From Catajapyx aquilonaris (lineage: Eukaryota): a stretch of DNA of 44,754 bases. The DNA is taken from positions 62,008 through 106,761 of the forward strand of contig KZ538185.1 in the NCBI GenBank assembly GCA_000934665.2. Reading direction: 5' to 3'. The position numbers were made by a program, and so were the translations under genes. Shown in pieces: positions 16,137-26,400 of the stretch (its first letter is position 1; every line of letters starts with the position of its first letter). Under the pieces are notes generated by a model that had not been told where the DNA came from, did no database searches, and worked only from the letters and a program-made list of their open reading frames with translations.

Positions 16137-17172
16137 GACTACATACTGACGAGTTCAATTTCAGAATGGATTCAACAATGGAGTGACTGAGCTTGCTCTT
16201 CTTAGTCAAAGCCACCTTCCTATTACCGACTCCATTACATCACCCGCTCCTTTCACGTGCCTCGAAAATCTTCTCGCGGCGGCGTGTTTGGTGTCCTAAT
16301 TTCCACGTGCTGCAAACTTGTTAATTACGGTAATTTCACTTCTCCCACAGCTATCCTCCATGCAAATGAGCGATTCCCAATCTTCATATCGAGCCTGGCC
16401 AGAATTTATCAACACTGTCTTCCTTTGTTGGGACGTGGTTTCACAAACATTTCAAAGTTCCTTTTGTTGTTTATTTATGTGGATAAAAGCACTTGGTTGC
16501 ATACCATCGTAGGATCCGCTCTCAATAATACATCGCAAAGCCCTTGGGCGTGCATACAACCGAGTGGGTCCTTCAACCTTATATATACTATCGAGTCATA
16601 ACTAATGGATCCTCCTGACTATAAAGCATCCCTTTGGCTTACATCCAAGGAAAGAAAAAAGACCTCAGACCCCGAGATTACTTCAGACAATGACTCGCTC
16701 GCAATCACTGTCAGCCCCCATGAATGAGACAAGCCGACTAATGCATTGTTGCGACCCGATCAACAATTCATGCCGGAAGCCACCTGATAAGCCGCGATAT
16801 CCCTGTATAATAATCGCGACTGTCCTGCCTATTTTTTGACCCTTTCTTCGGATTGTCGGGGCCGCCCTGCAATGAATGCACCATGCAAAATCCATCATTG
16901 TTTGCTGCATATTTCATTACGCAGGAAAATAGCTCTGGCTCCAATCTTCCGCCCGTAAATTCCACGTGGAAGTGATAAGGCCTGCCTTTATGCATATATA
17001 CCATCCAGCAAGCCAAGTCAGCACGTGTGACTTGCAACCCTCAAGTAGCCTCCACATCCACTATATCCGCCTTATACTGTACTGTGCATTTTAAAATTTA
17101 GCGCGTCATAAAGATATTGCAGTAAATAAATTAAATATATAAATTACAGGCGATGAGGAAAACTGTCAGGCC

Positions 17173-17372
17173 TTTGAGTATCACATCAGTTGTTTGAGTA
17201 TCACATCAATTAGTTGAGTATGGCGTCACAAAAATATAATTTCTTTTGAGTATCACAGCAGTTCTTTTTGAGCATCACACACATCAGTTCTCTTTGAGTT
17301 GTACGTCAATTAGTTGAGTCCACTTCACAAAAATATCAGCTCTTTGAGTATCACGTCAGTTCTTTTGAGTAC
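17173..17372. repeat. Second TTGAGTATCAC-core array, 9 copies
   Basis: Core at 17175, 17195, 17215, 17247, 17269, 17295, 17315, 17345 and 17366; same orientation as 15884-16136. Confidence 0.88.
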
Positions 17373-20300
17373 AAAAATAGTATAAATTCAACAGTTAACA
17401 ATCAAACCGGCTCTTCTCAAGAATAAGGAAATCTGGGCGGACGCCAACTTTTCTGTTTCTTGACACTTCCGCCCAAACTTCCAATCTAGCCATAGACCGT
17501 CTAAACCCAAGCTATACCCCAATTAGGTATGCCTTCCTTTCCACATCTTTTGGTTCCTTTGGTACCGGTATTTATTAGTCAATAAAAAGGTAGTCAGTGA
17601 AATCCGATCCTCAAAATCCCCGGGTGATAGACCTGTAACTTGCCACTTAGGCCCTTTCTTCTCCTTTTCGTCAGCACCCCTAGGAGCCGAACCCTCATCC
17701 TCTTCCCGGGGTCCTTTGGGTTATAATTTACAACACTTTGGCAGGGTTTTTGGGGACCCGATGATTGGGCCAAGAGAAACTCAAGTTTCGAGAAGAAGGT
17801 TTTAAAAAAAAACGAAAGCCGGAACCGGGTTTTTGTTGTTGTTTTGCGTATAATCCTGGTCAGACCTGACAATCATTAGGTAAGCGGGGGTCATCCTCAC
17901 ACCTAGTTATTAACACGTATGGTGCATCAGACACGTGGTGATTTGATACGGGATTCTCTTCCAAACCGGAACTGCCAAAAACTCTGACATGCTGACCGAA
18001 ATTCCGGTGGCTTATTAGAATCGAAGGCAATGTGATAGTTAAACTCTAAATAATTATAGTGCAATTAAGTTCATTTTTACACAACACAAATTATTTAAAA
18101 ATCTTCAATATATAACTACATAATCTACAATTTTCTCTCCTCGAGTTGCCCCTTATAGGCCTGTACTAATTGTGATCTTGTGATTAAACAGCCAGGCCTA
18201 AATTGTACCTTTTTGGATCACTACATATTGATGCTAATGCATAAATCGTGAGCCCACTACAATTTGAGTAAACATACAGCCTGTCATTACGCCCGATATT
18301 ACTGAGAAAATAATTGACCTATTACGCATATAGGCCTACGGAAGTTTTCATATAAAAAGGACCGCTTATACTTATTTATTTTGTGTCTAATTAAATGTGC
18401 TAATTCTACACGCGTTCATCTTTCCAAAATTTTATCCGAATTTTGTCCGCCCGTACCGGGTACTGTAAACACCCTCAAGACACCGTAAGAAACGACACGA
18501 CCTTCGGCTATACCCTGACAATTTCGCCACACCACATTTACCATACAATTATACGCTCCTACTTGATAATCGCCACAATAAGGAAAAAAAACATCACCAT
18601 CACATTAAATCGGACAAACATACGAATATTTCTTTTCCTTTTTACCTCGACCACACGTCATGCCTATAAGATCAAGATTGCATCGCCTACAATCCGTCAA
18701 TGTAGGCTCTTCACACATTACCAAATACGCAAACTCGAGCCACATTCATCTTCCAGCTAAATCGGCCGCGGCCGCTTGAAAATTTCAAACCGTGTCCTGC
18801 ATCGCAAATATGTTTGTCCCACCGTGTTGCCGGCTCACCCAAGCCACATCGCCCGGCCAACCGAGGCCGAATCGCCCCTAACCTACAACAATGTATCAGA
18901 CCGGATTAAGCAGCAAATCCGGCTCAACCGTTTGCGTCACTGAATTTTGTAATCTCGAAGGTAAACGAGTCGGATTTTGCATCAGTAACTTCCAAGCATT
19001 TATGCATCATTTCCTACTTCAAAAAAAAAATAACGAATACAATTCCTCTGGTAATCAACAGATTCGCGGTTGAATGAGTACCGTTGCCACGTGGGACTAT
19101 GAGTCACAGAACTCTTCAGTTTTCAAGAATCATGTGAACGCTCACGTGCATTTGTAATTGTATTAGCGATTTACTTCTCGCCGAGTTCGATTGCATTGAA
19201 CCGAATCGGGTCCCGTCCCGTCCCCCCCTCTCCCATTTTTTGTAAATCAACCGCGATGTAATTTCATTTTTTTGTCTCTAGAAATCGTGAATAGAACCCC
19301 CCCTCCCTCTGGTGTTCGGTTGGTTGAATACACTAGTGCAGTAATGCTTTTTATTTGAACAAAAAGTACAGCATGCAGTTTATAGACTAGTTGGCAATTA
19401 ATCTTTGCCCTATATTAAGGCGGCACTCTTGTTTACAGCACTTTCCACTAAATTAATTTCTGGCTAAAAATGGCGGGGCGTAATAAACAAGTCGATTAAG
19501 ATACCGGGTCATGACCCTGGGTCACACATGCTACAAGATGGCCCCCGGAGGCGTTCATTAGGGTACAACGTCCAACACTTTGCATCAAAACAACATTGTT
19601 CCACCTACGTATCTCCAGGACTTAGATAAATTGATGGGAACACTCTTTTTTTTGTTGTATAGAATAGGGCGTAGTGTTTGGCTAATATGAGACAACATGC
19701 GAGTGCAAAGCCGTGTATACTGCATAATAGGTGGGAAAGGTTTTTTCAACCCTAAAATTTTTTGGACACAAAAACATGGGTGGGGATGTACGCAGGTGAA
19801 AATGGGGTTCTTCCGGTCGCTTTACATATTTTCGCCTCATAACTTTCCAGAGGAATTCTGGTATCATGCCATGCCCAACTCTTCACATTTTAAAATATAA
19901 TCTCATATTTTTTAAAAAATGTTATTCCTTTGGGCAGACGCCGACACGTCGCTGTTACAAATTTACTGTATAAAATTACACACATGGTGTATACATTTAG
20001 AGTATTATTTAGCATGTGTGTATAACAATGCACACTGCTTGGTGCATAATTTTATGCACTTAAGACACACCGCATTTCCAGTGTTTGCAACAACAATAAC
20101 GTACTTAGCTAAAGACGGTGCAAAATTAACACACACCCACATGACAAATCCAGTAAATCCATACTAAATCGGCTTTAAAAAATGATTAGGCCTACCCCAT
20201 GTTTCTGCAATACTCATACCATACCCTATAATCTGCCTTCCTTCTAAAATATTGACGCACCCTACTTACGTCCTATACCCCCTCCACAATTTGTTATTGT

Positions 20301-21059
20301 CATCAAATTAAAAATTTCACATCCGATTTATCCCCCCCCCCCCCAACCAAATCTTAATTTCGCAATTGACCGCACACTATTTCCTTCTAACTACTAATCC
20401 TTAATCCCCGGATTGTTGCAAATGACGTCACTCCTGATTCATACATAAGAACCCGCCACATACACACTGGAAAATGATATGGCGCGAGCCTTTTTGGCGC
20501 GTGAGTGACGAGCCCTTGCACCACAACCTGTAAAATTTTGCACGCGAACTAACCGGGGAGCCAGTTCTTAATGGACAACCGCCGCCGGTTCAGAGTGTGT
20601 GAAAATTCCGCCAAAAACATGTCACCTCCCTGGTTCAGTGGCTGCGCAATATTTTTGCTGGCGAATACTTTTTTTTTTTTTTTGGACCCTTTTCAAAAAA
20701 ATGGGCGTATTTTACACTCGCTAAATTCATCAAGGCGGAAAATCCAGAAGTGGTCGCGCAGAGACGAGAAATGGGTGGAAAAGGTTTTTCCGCGATTTAA
20801 TTTTTAATAAGCTTGCAAATGACAACGCGGAAAAAAGCTTTCGCGTAAATAACAGTTTTTTTGTTGTTTTTTTATTTCTTTCTCAAGTTTCAAGTGTCGC
20901 CTGGTGTCGCTTTATACTGTAGCTAGGTTGCAAATAAGCAGTTTTTCAGTGACTGGAAGTGACTCATTTCCGTTCGGAAATTGTGAGGTTAATAATATGC
21001 TGTCGGATTAATAACACTAATATATTGCGAATTATTTCTACTTGATAGCGCAGTGAGAA

Positions 21060-21590
21060 TTTTGCTGCCGGCACTATTGCTATTACTATAGACTTCGCTT
21101 GTGCCTGAATTTTTACTAACAGTTTTACAAATTCTTAGCAACAATCCAAAATTGGGCCTGGTTCTTCGCCTACTCACAGTCACAGTAGTGCTTCAATTAG
21201 CGCATTGTTGCCGGCACTATTGCTATTACTATAGTTGCTATTACTAGTATTTGGTTCGTGCCTGCAACAGTTTTACAAATTCTTTGCAACAATCCAAAAT
21301 TGAGCCGGGTCCTTCGCCTACTCACAGTCACAATAGTGCTTCAATTAGCGCATTGTTGCCGGCACTATTGCTATTACTAGCCGTATTTGGTTCGTGCCTG
21401 CAACAGTTCTACAAATTCTTTGCAACAATCCAAAATTGAGCCGGGTTCTTAGCCTATTCACAGTCATAATAGTGCTTTTGTTGCCGGCACGCTATTACTA
21501 GGATTTTGGTCGTGCCCGAATTTTTACTGCAACAACCTAAAATTGTGCCAATCGGTTCTTCGCCTATTCAGAGTCACAATATAACTACTA
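21060..21590. repeat. Tandem repeat of about 125-148 bp, about 4 copies
   Basis: gccggcac anchor at 21067, 21210, 21358 and 21483; each unit carries ctattacta, a caacaatccaaaattg-like block and a cttcgcctactcacagtcac-like block. Confidence 0.92.
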
Positions 21591-21806
21591 TTAGCGAATA
21601 GGCCAAACACAACCCTTAAAAACCTGGCACACACTTACAAAACTCAAAAACTATTTCAACACCCGGTATAGCCCCCATAACATATTCAACCCCTAAATAA
21701 TTCACCATTGCCTTGGAAGGCGCCGTGCCCCAACAATCAACCTGTCTGTTTTATATATACCCTGGGCCTCCCCGGGTTTATATTTGACCCGTTATTGACC
21801 GCTCAC

Positions 21807-22231
21807 CTTCCAGACTTGGTGATGACCATCTCGGTGCCCAGCTTATGAAACTTCTCCCAGAGGTCCTTCCCTTCTAAGGTGACCTTAGGGTCATCAACGA
21901 CCCCGTCGTCCTCTGGTTGTATGGTCCTAAGCGGCCTGAGCGGTGCCTGCTGTGCCAACACTTCTTCGGCGGTAGCATACGAGTGGTGCAACTTGGGTAG
22001 AAGCGAACCTGGGTATCCAGAAGGACTCCCAGCACCGGATCCCCCGGAAGCTCCAGATACCGCAGCCGCAGCCGCCGCAGCCGCCGCCGCCGCATGCGGA
22101 CCTAGCCCCAGCGCCGGGAAGTACTGGTGCTGGGTCAGCAGTGAGCTCACGCTGAAGTCCGTGGGCCGCTGCAGTAAAAACGGATGGTAGGCCATCTCCG
22201 GTGTGATCACTTCAGGCTGTTCGAATCTCAT
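21807..22231 (-). CDS. omb: optomotor-blind/bifid (Tbx2/3 subfamily) T-box transcription factor, coding exon 1
   Basis: Translates MRFEQPEVITPEMAYHPFLLQRPTDFSVSSLL...(A)11...DDPKVTLEGKDLWEKFHKLGTEMVITKSG(R). MAYHPF is the Tbx2/3 N-terminal motif and LEGKDLWEKFHKLGTEMVITKSGR is the start of the Omb T-box. Ends at donor AG|GTGAGC; 425 nt, phase 2. Confidence 0.96.
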
Positions 22232-22299
22232 GGAGACCGGCTATGGCTTCACTCACTATCGAGATTCACACCACGCGGCGACACGCACATAATAAGCAC

Positions 22300-22700
22300 T
22301 GCACTGCACTTCCGTCGTGTGCGTGTGTTGTGTGAAAACTGACGGTGCGGAGCTCAACTCCGCTTCTTCCCCAGTGCTAATGAGCGGGGGTCTAGACCAC
22401 CGATTGGTCGAGCCGCCACCTCCCGACCAATCCGGTGCTGGTCTAGGCGGTGTTCTTCACAGGTCCAGCCGTCAAGGGCGTCTCGACAATGGCCGAGGTG
22501 ACGGACTGGGTGGGAGGGTAGCGGGAACGGGGGGAAAAAAAGGACCGGCGCGAGGAGCAACCTGGTGGTGGGGGTGTGGAAGGTGCTGTGAGCTGCTGCA
22601 TCGGTACCGGCTCGGTACTCACTACTGAGCTAGAGGGGTTAGGAAAAAGGGGGGGGATAGGCAGTGAGGAGGGGGAAAGGCGACGATGTTGGCGCGAGTT
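22300..22700 (-). promoter_or_regulatory. Putative omb core and proximal promoter
   Basis: GC/CpG-rich segment directly upstream of the ATG. Arthropod initiator TCAGTT on the minus strand at 22342-22337 (A+1 about 22340), CCAAT boxes at 22403-22407 and 22427-22431, and several G-tracts. The TSS is inferred, not demonstrated. Confidence 0.6.
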
Positions 22701-22934
22701 TTGTCGGAGGCGGGCCTTCGGCGGGCTGTGAAAACGACAAGAGCAGCGACCGCGGCGATTAGCTCTTCGTGTTGCGGCGGGTCGAAGCTGAGCGGGGCTA
22801 TTCCAGGAGGTGTCCTACATAACAGCTAGTAACGCCGTGTTTAATTTGAATTTTTAAAAAATAAGTATGGGTGTTTTAAGGACGGGATCACTGCTAGTAA
22901 TGATAGCAAGTTTAATATTTAATTTGGTTTTTTT

Positions 22935-23112
22935 TATACACCATTTGGGAGAATCGGGGCTCCATTAGGGGGGTGGAATACCACCATTGGATGAGAGCGA
23001 CCCCGGAATTATCCTGGTGGAAAACCACGGTTAGGATCACCGGCACCGGGAATCGAACCCAGGGCCTCCTGATTAGCAGTCTGGCTCCTTAACCCCTACA
23101 CAAACCTGCGGT
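22935..23112 (-). mobile_element. tRNA-derived SINE, copy 2 (tRNA-like head retained, internal deletion)
   Basis: Minus strand begins accgcaggtttgtgtaggggttaaggagccagactgctaatcaggaggccctgggttcgattcccggtgccggt: degenerate A-box, anticodon-like arm with GCT, and B-box GGTTCGATTCC at 23059-23049. The body matches copy 1. Confidence 0.8.
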
Positions 23113-23117
23113 TTTAA

Positions 23118-23381
23118 CCCTGGAACCGTGCCGTGGGGTCTTTTTGGACCCCAAGGAAAAAAATGCATTAAAATGATCATTACAATGAACTTTTGCCATT
23201 TTTTTGAATTTATTTTGAATTAGCGATCATTTTAGGCATAGTGCAAAGAATTATTGTATATAGTCAATACGTATTCAAAAGTATTATATAATATATTAAT
23301 AAAAATTAAAATATGGTGGGGTCCGCAAAGACCCCACGACACGGTTGCCGTAATACTTGTAGGCACGGCACGGTTCCAAGG
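23118..23381. mobile_element. piggyBac-type non-autonomous element (MITE), 264 bp
   Basis: TTAA at 23114-23117 and 23382-23385. 18-bp TIRs ccctggaaccgtgccgtg / cacggcacggttccaagg (1 mismatch, CCY termini), plus a subterminal inverted repeat tggggtccgcaaagaccccacgacacggtt and an AT-rich core. Confidence 0.88.
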
Positions 23382-23390
23382 TTAATATTT

Positions 23391-23462
<72 letters not shown>
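23391..23462. repeat. (ACA)24 microsatellite
   Basis: Perfect 72-bp trinucleotide run. Confidence 0.98.
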
Positions 23463-26400
23463 CGACATTTCCCTAAGAGGGGTAGTCAGCGACGAAGCAG
23501 CGATGAAGGGAGTTTAATATTTAATTTTATAAAATATGGGACCAGCATTGTTGGTGCTACAAGTACATGCATACTAGCCTACAACGTCACATTTGTTGCG
23601 TATTATTGCTGGACTTAGATATTCCTGGCATGCAAGCAGTACAGTGATGGACATATTAGCATTACCTAAATGTTTCGTAGTTGCCAGCGTCGTCAATGCC
23701 GAAAAATAAATATTCCAACCAGCACTGTAGGCTACCTTCTTAATGTTGACACTGAAAGAATTTTTAAATTATTTTTAGCTAAATGCTGGCACAATATAGG
23801 TCGCCTCGAAAGTATCTATCTAGCGAGAATATTAGCGTTTTACAGTATATTATACTCACACAATATAAATTTAATAACATTAAAAGTGGGAGCGTCGATG
23901 TGCCAACAAATCTATAAAAAAAACAATATTTACACAAATTAAATGCTACAAAAATTTGTAGCATTTAGATAGATAAAAATATTTTACGAAGAACGACGAA
24001 TTGTTCGTGATTTTTAGCATATCCACAGTGTGGTTCCAATTAAAATTTATTATTTACTAATAATTTGACACGAAACCTGCGCATTGTTTTAGGCGCACAC
24101 AATCCCTTTTCCAATTAAAAATAGCAAAAATGCCCCATCCAAAAAGCATCATGCCCCCTACCCTTTTATCAACAAACAAACACCAAACACCAGCACAACG
24201 ATTCAGACCCTCCCTATGAATAGTTCCTACAAGCCATTACGCTAATGGATCAATGTCCACATTTTAAATAATTCGCCCACCTCCCCCATACACGCCCGAT
24301 TATTTCTGTTTTGTCGAAAATAATGAGCGTGACAAGTAACCCGTCGCTAATTAATATAAAACTTTTTTTAGCTAATTGGATGGGTGTGTTGGATAGTATA
24401 TGGAACGGTCCTGTTTCGGCTGGCGCCAACCGTATGACGTGCAGTGGCCATGTGTCTGATGGAGGGGGCAGGATGGCCAGGGGTACCACGGGTCGAGTGG
24501 GTGAACCGGGTGGGGAGAAGCACACCAACCCTCCCCCCAGACCCAACAAATTGCGCAGGCGGCCCCAAATCGAGCGTCCCCCCCCCCCAATCTATTTTTT
24601 TTATTTTTTATTTTTTTTTTTAGAAAAGAGTGGGGGGGATCCTCCATCTTTCTTCTCCGCCTCCTTTTCGGGGCCCCCCTGGCGGAGGGAGCTTCAACTT
24701 GCCGGGGGTTTGTGTCATGGACGGCAGTTGGATTCGGGAAGACAGCGTTGTGCAACCTGAGAATCACACGCGGTCCCAGGTGGGTTACCCCACAGAGGGT
24801 TATATCTTTTTGGTGCATGAGTAAAAATGATGTAGATGTTATGTAGTTTGTGGGCTGATGATGCAATAAAGGTTGATCCCTGTTTGTTTAGAGGGGGAAT
24901 TGTTTGGGGGGTTAAGCGGGTTAGAGTTAGATTTTTTTTACAGGCGGATTTATAGGCCTGGAGTGTACTGTTAGGCATATAGGCATTTCAACCAAATATC
25001 ATTCTACATGAACTATGAGCCAGGTTTTTAACAATAATTGGCACTCGGGTGGTCATTCTTTTAATACGTAGCTACACAATATTAGTGCGAGCATATTTAT
25101 GAATAACTAATAACAGTCTATAGTTTATTCCTAATATTTGCGCAGCTGTTTTTGTTTGTTTGGCGAGAGAATAATATTGATGTAGTCCTGAATGTCTTTG
25201 CCGATATTGAACCCTTTGGTTCCCCGGATGGTATGCAGCTACACGTTTCCAACATATAATTAATTTTGATAAGTCATATCTCAAATTAATTCCAATATGA
25301 GTGGTTGTTCTGCAAATTTCAGGTCGCTCGTGGTTTAAAAATCAGTAGTCTACAGAGGTAATCAAATACAGTATGTAGGCCGCGTATTTTGGTACGGATA
25401 ATTACACCTGGCCGATTTTTCATATAATAGAATTATGCCTATATTTACGATACTTTCATCGCGCTCGTAAAAGGATCAGGAATCAAACTATCGCTCAAGG
25501 CACATGTGCCGAACAGTTAATTGAAAGTTACGAGTATAACATACCTCCGCATACAGAAAATAAACGAATTAATATGATTATCTGTACATGCCGCACGTGC
25601 ACAATTCAGAGGAATATTTGCATATGAACACCTGAAGTGCGGAGTCGCACTTTAGTCATCAGTTAACACTGTAATATAATCCATACTGTGTGTACTTTCT
25701 GATAGAAAAGTCAGTATTCTGCGAGGGAGCAGCCCCCAAAATGTTTGCGTAAAGGTATCTCCTCGTTTATCTCAAAATTATTTCAATGTAATTTTGATAT
25801 CACACATTTAAGTATATAAAATAGTGTATTCAACAGTGCAAAACAAATCAGATCAATATATACAGGCCTAAAATGGTCTGTAGCTGACAACTGATTACAA
25901 CTGATATGATTATCTATATTACAAGGGCTTCGAGTTACATTTCGTTCAACTTGCGCTTTTTGTTAAACTTATTTTGTGAATTATGGAAAATTGCTACGGC
26001 ACTTATCCCGCTAAGTACTTACACAGTTCTTTTCGATTCCTATATGTACAGTATACATTACCGCTGTTGTAACAGTATTCTTCAACAATATAGAATATAC
26101 ATGATCTAAAAATGTACATTGCATGCGCTAAAATGTTTGGAAATTGCACCAGACGTCAACAAAATGTAATAAAGTGGTAAATATCTCATGAGTTTCCATT
26201 TTCATTCTTGGGCAAGCCTATTCAAGGTTTACACTATATACCTTAAAACTATCCACCCAAACCAGATCGGTTTTATTAGTGGCGATAATACAATTGTTTC
26301 AGTGTTCAGCAGTAACATTGTAAACTTTGTCGTGACTCAGACAAAGTGTGTACTCTCAAAGAAAAGGGTGTCGGTACTGACTAATCAATACCAGGTTTCG

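Larger units (their letters stand above)
8986..21806 (-). other. omb intron 1 (12821 bp, GT-AG)
   Basis: Bounded by the GTGAGC donor at 21806 and the ttcttcttccag acceptor ending at 8986; the protein is continuous across it. Confidence 0.9.

Noticed and set aside
21879..22190. Antisense ORF with poly-Ala over exon 1
   Set aside because: Shadow of the GC-rich omb coding strand; non-ATG start.
23036..23112. Functional tRNA-Ser(GCT) gene
   Set aside because: Stems are imperfect, the long serine variable arm is missing, and it continues into a body shared with 12557-12798; better explained as a SINE head.
23313..23618. Poly-Thr ORF
   Set aside because: Translation of the MITE end plus the (ACA)24 microsatellite.
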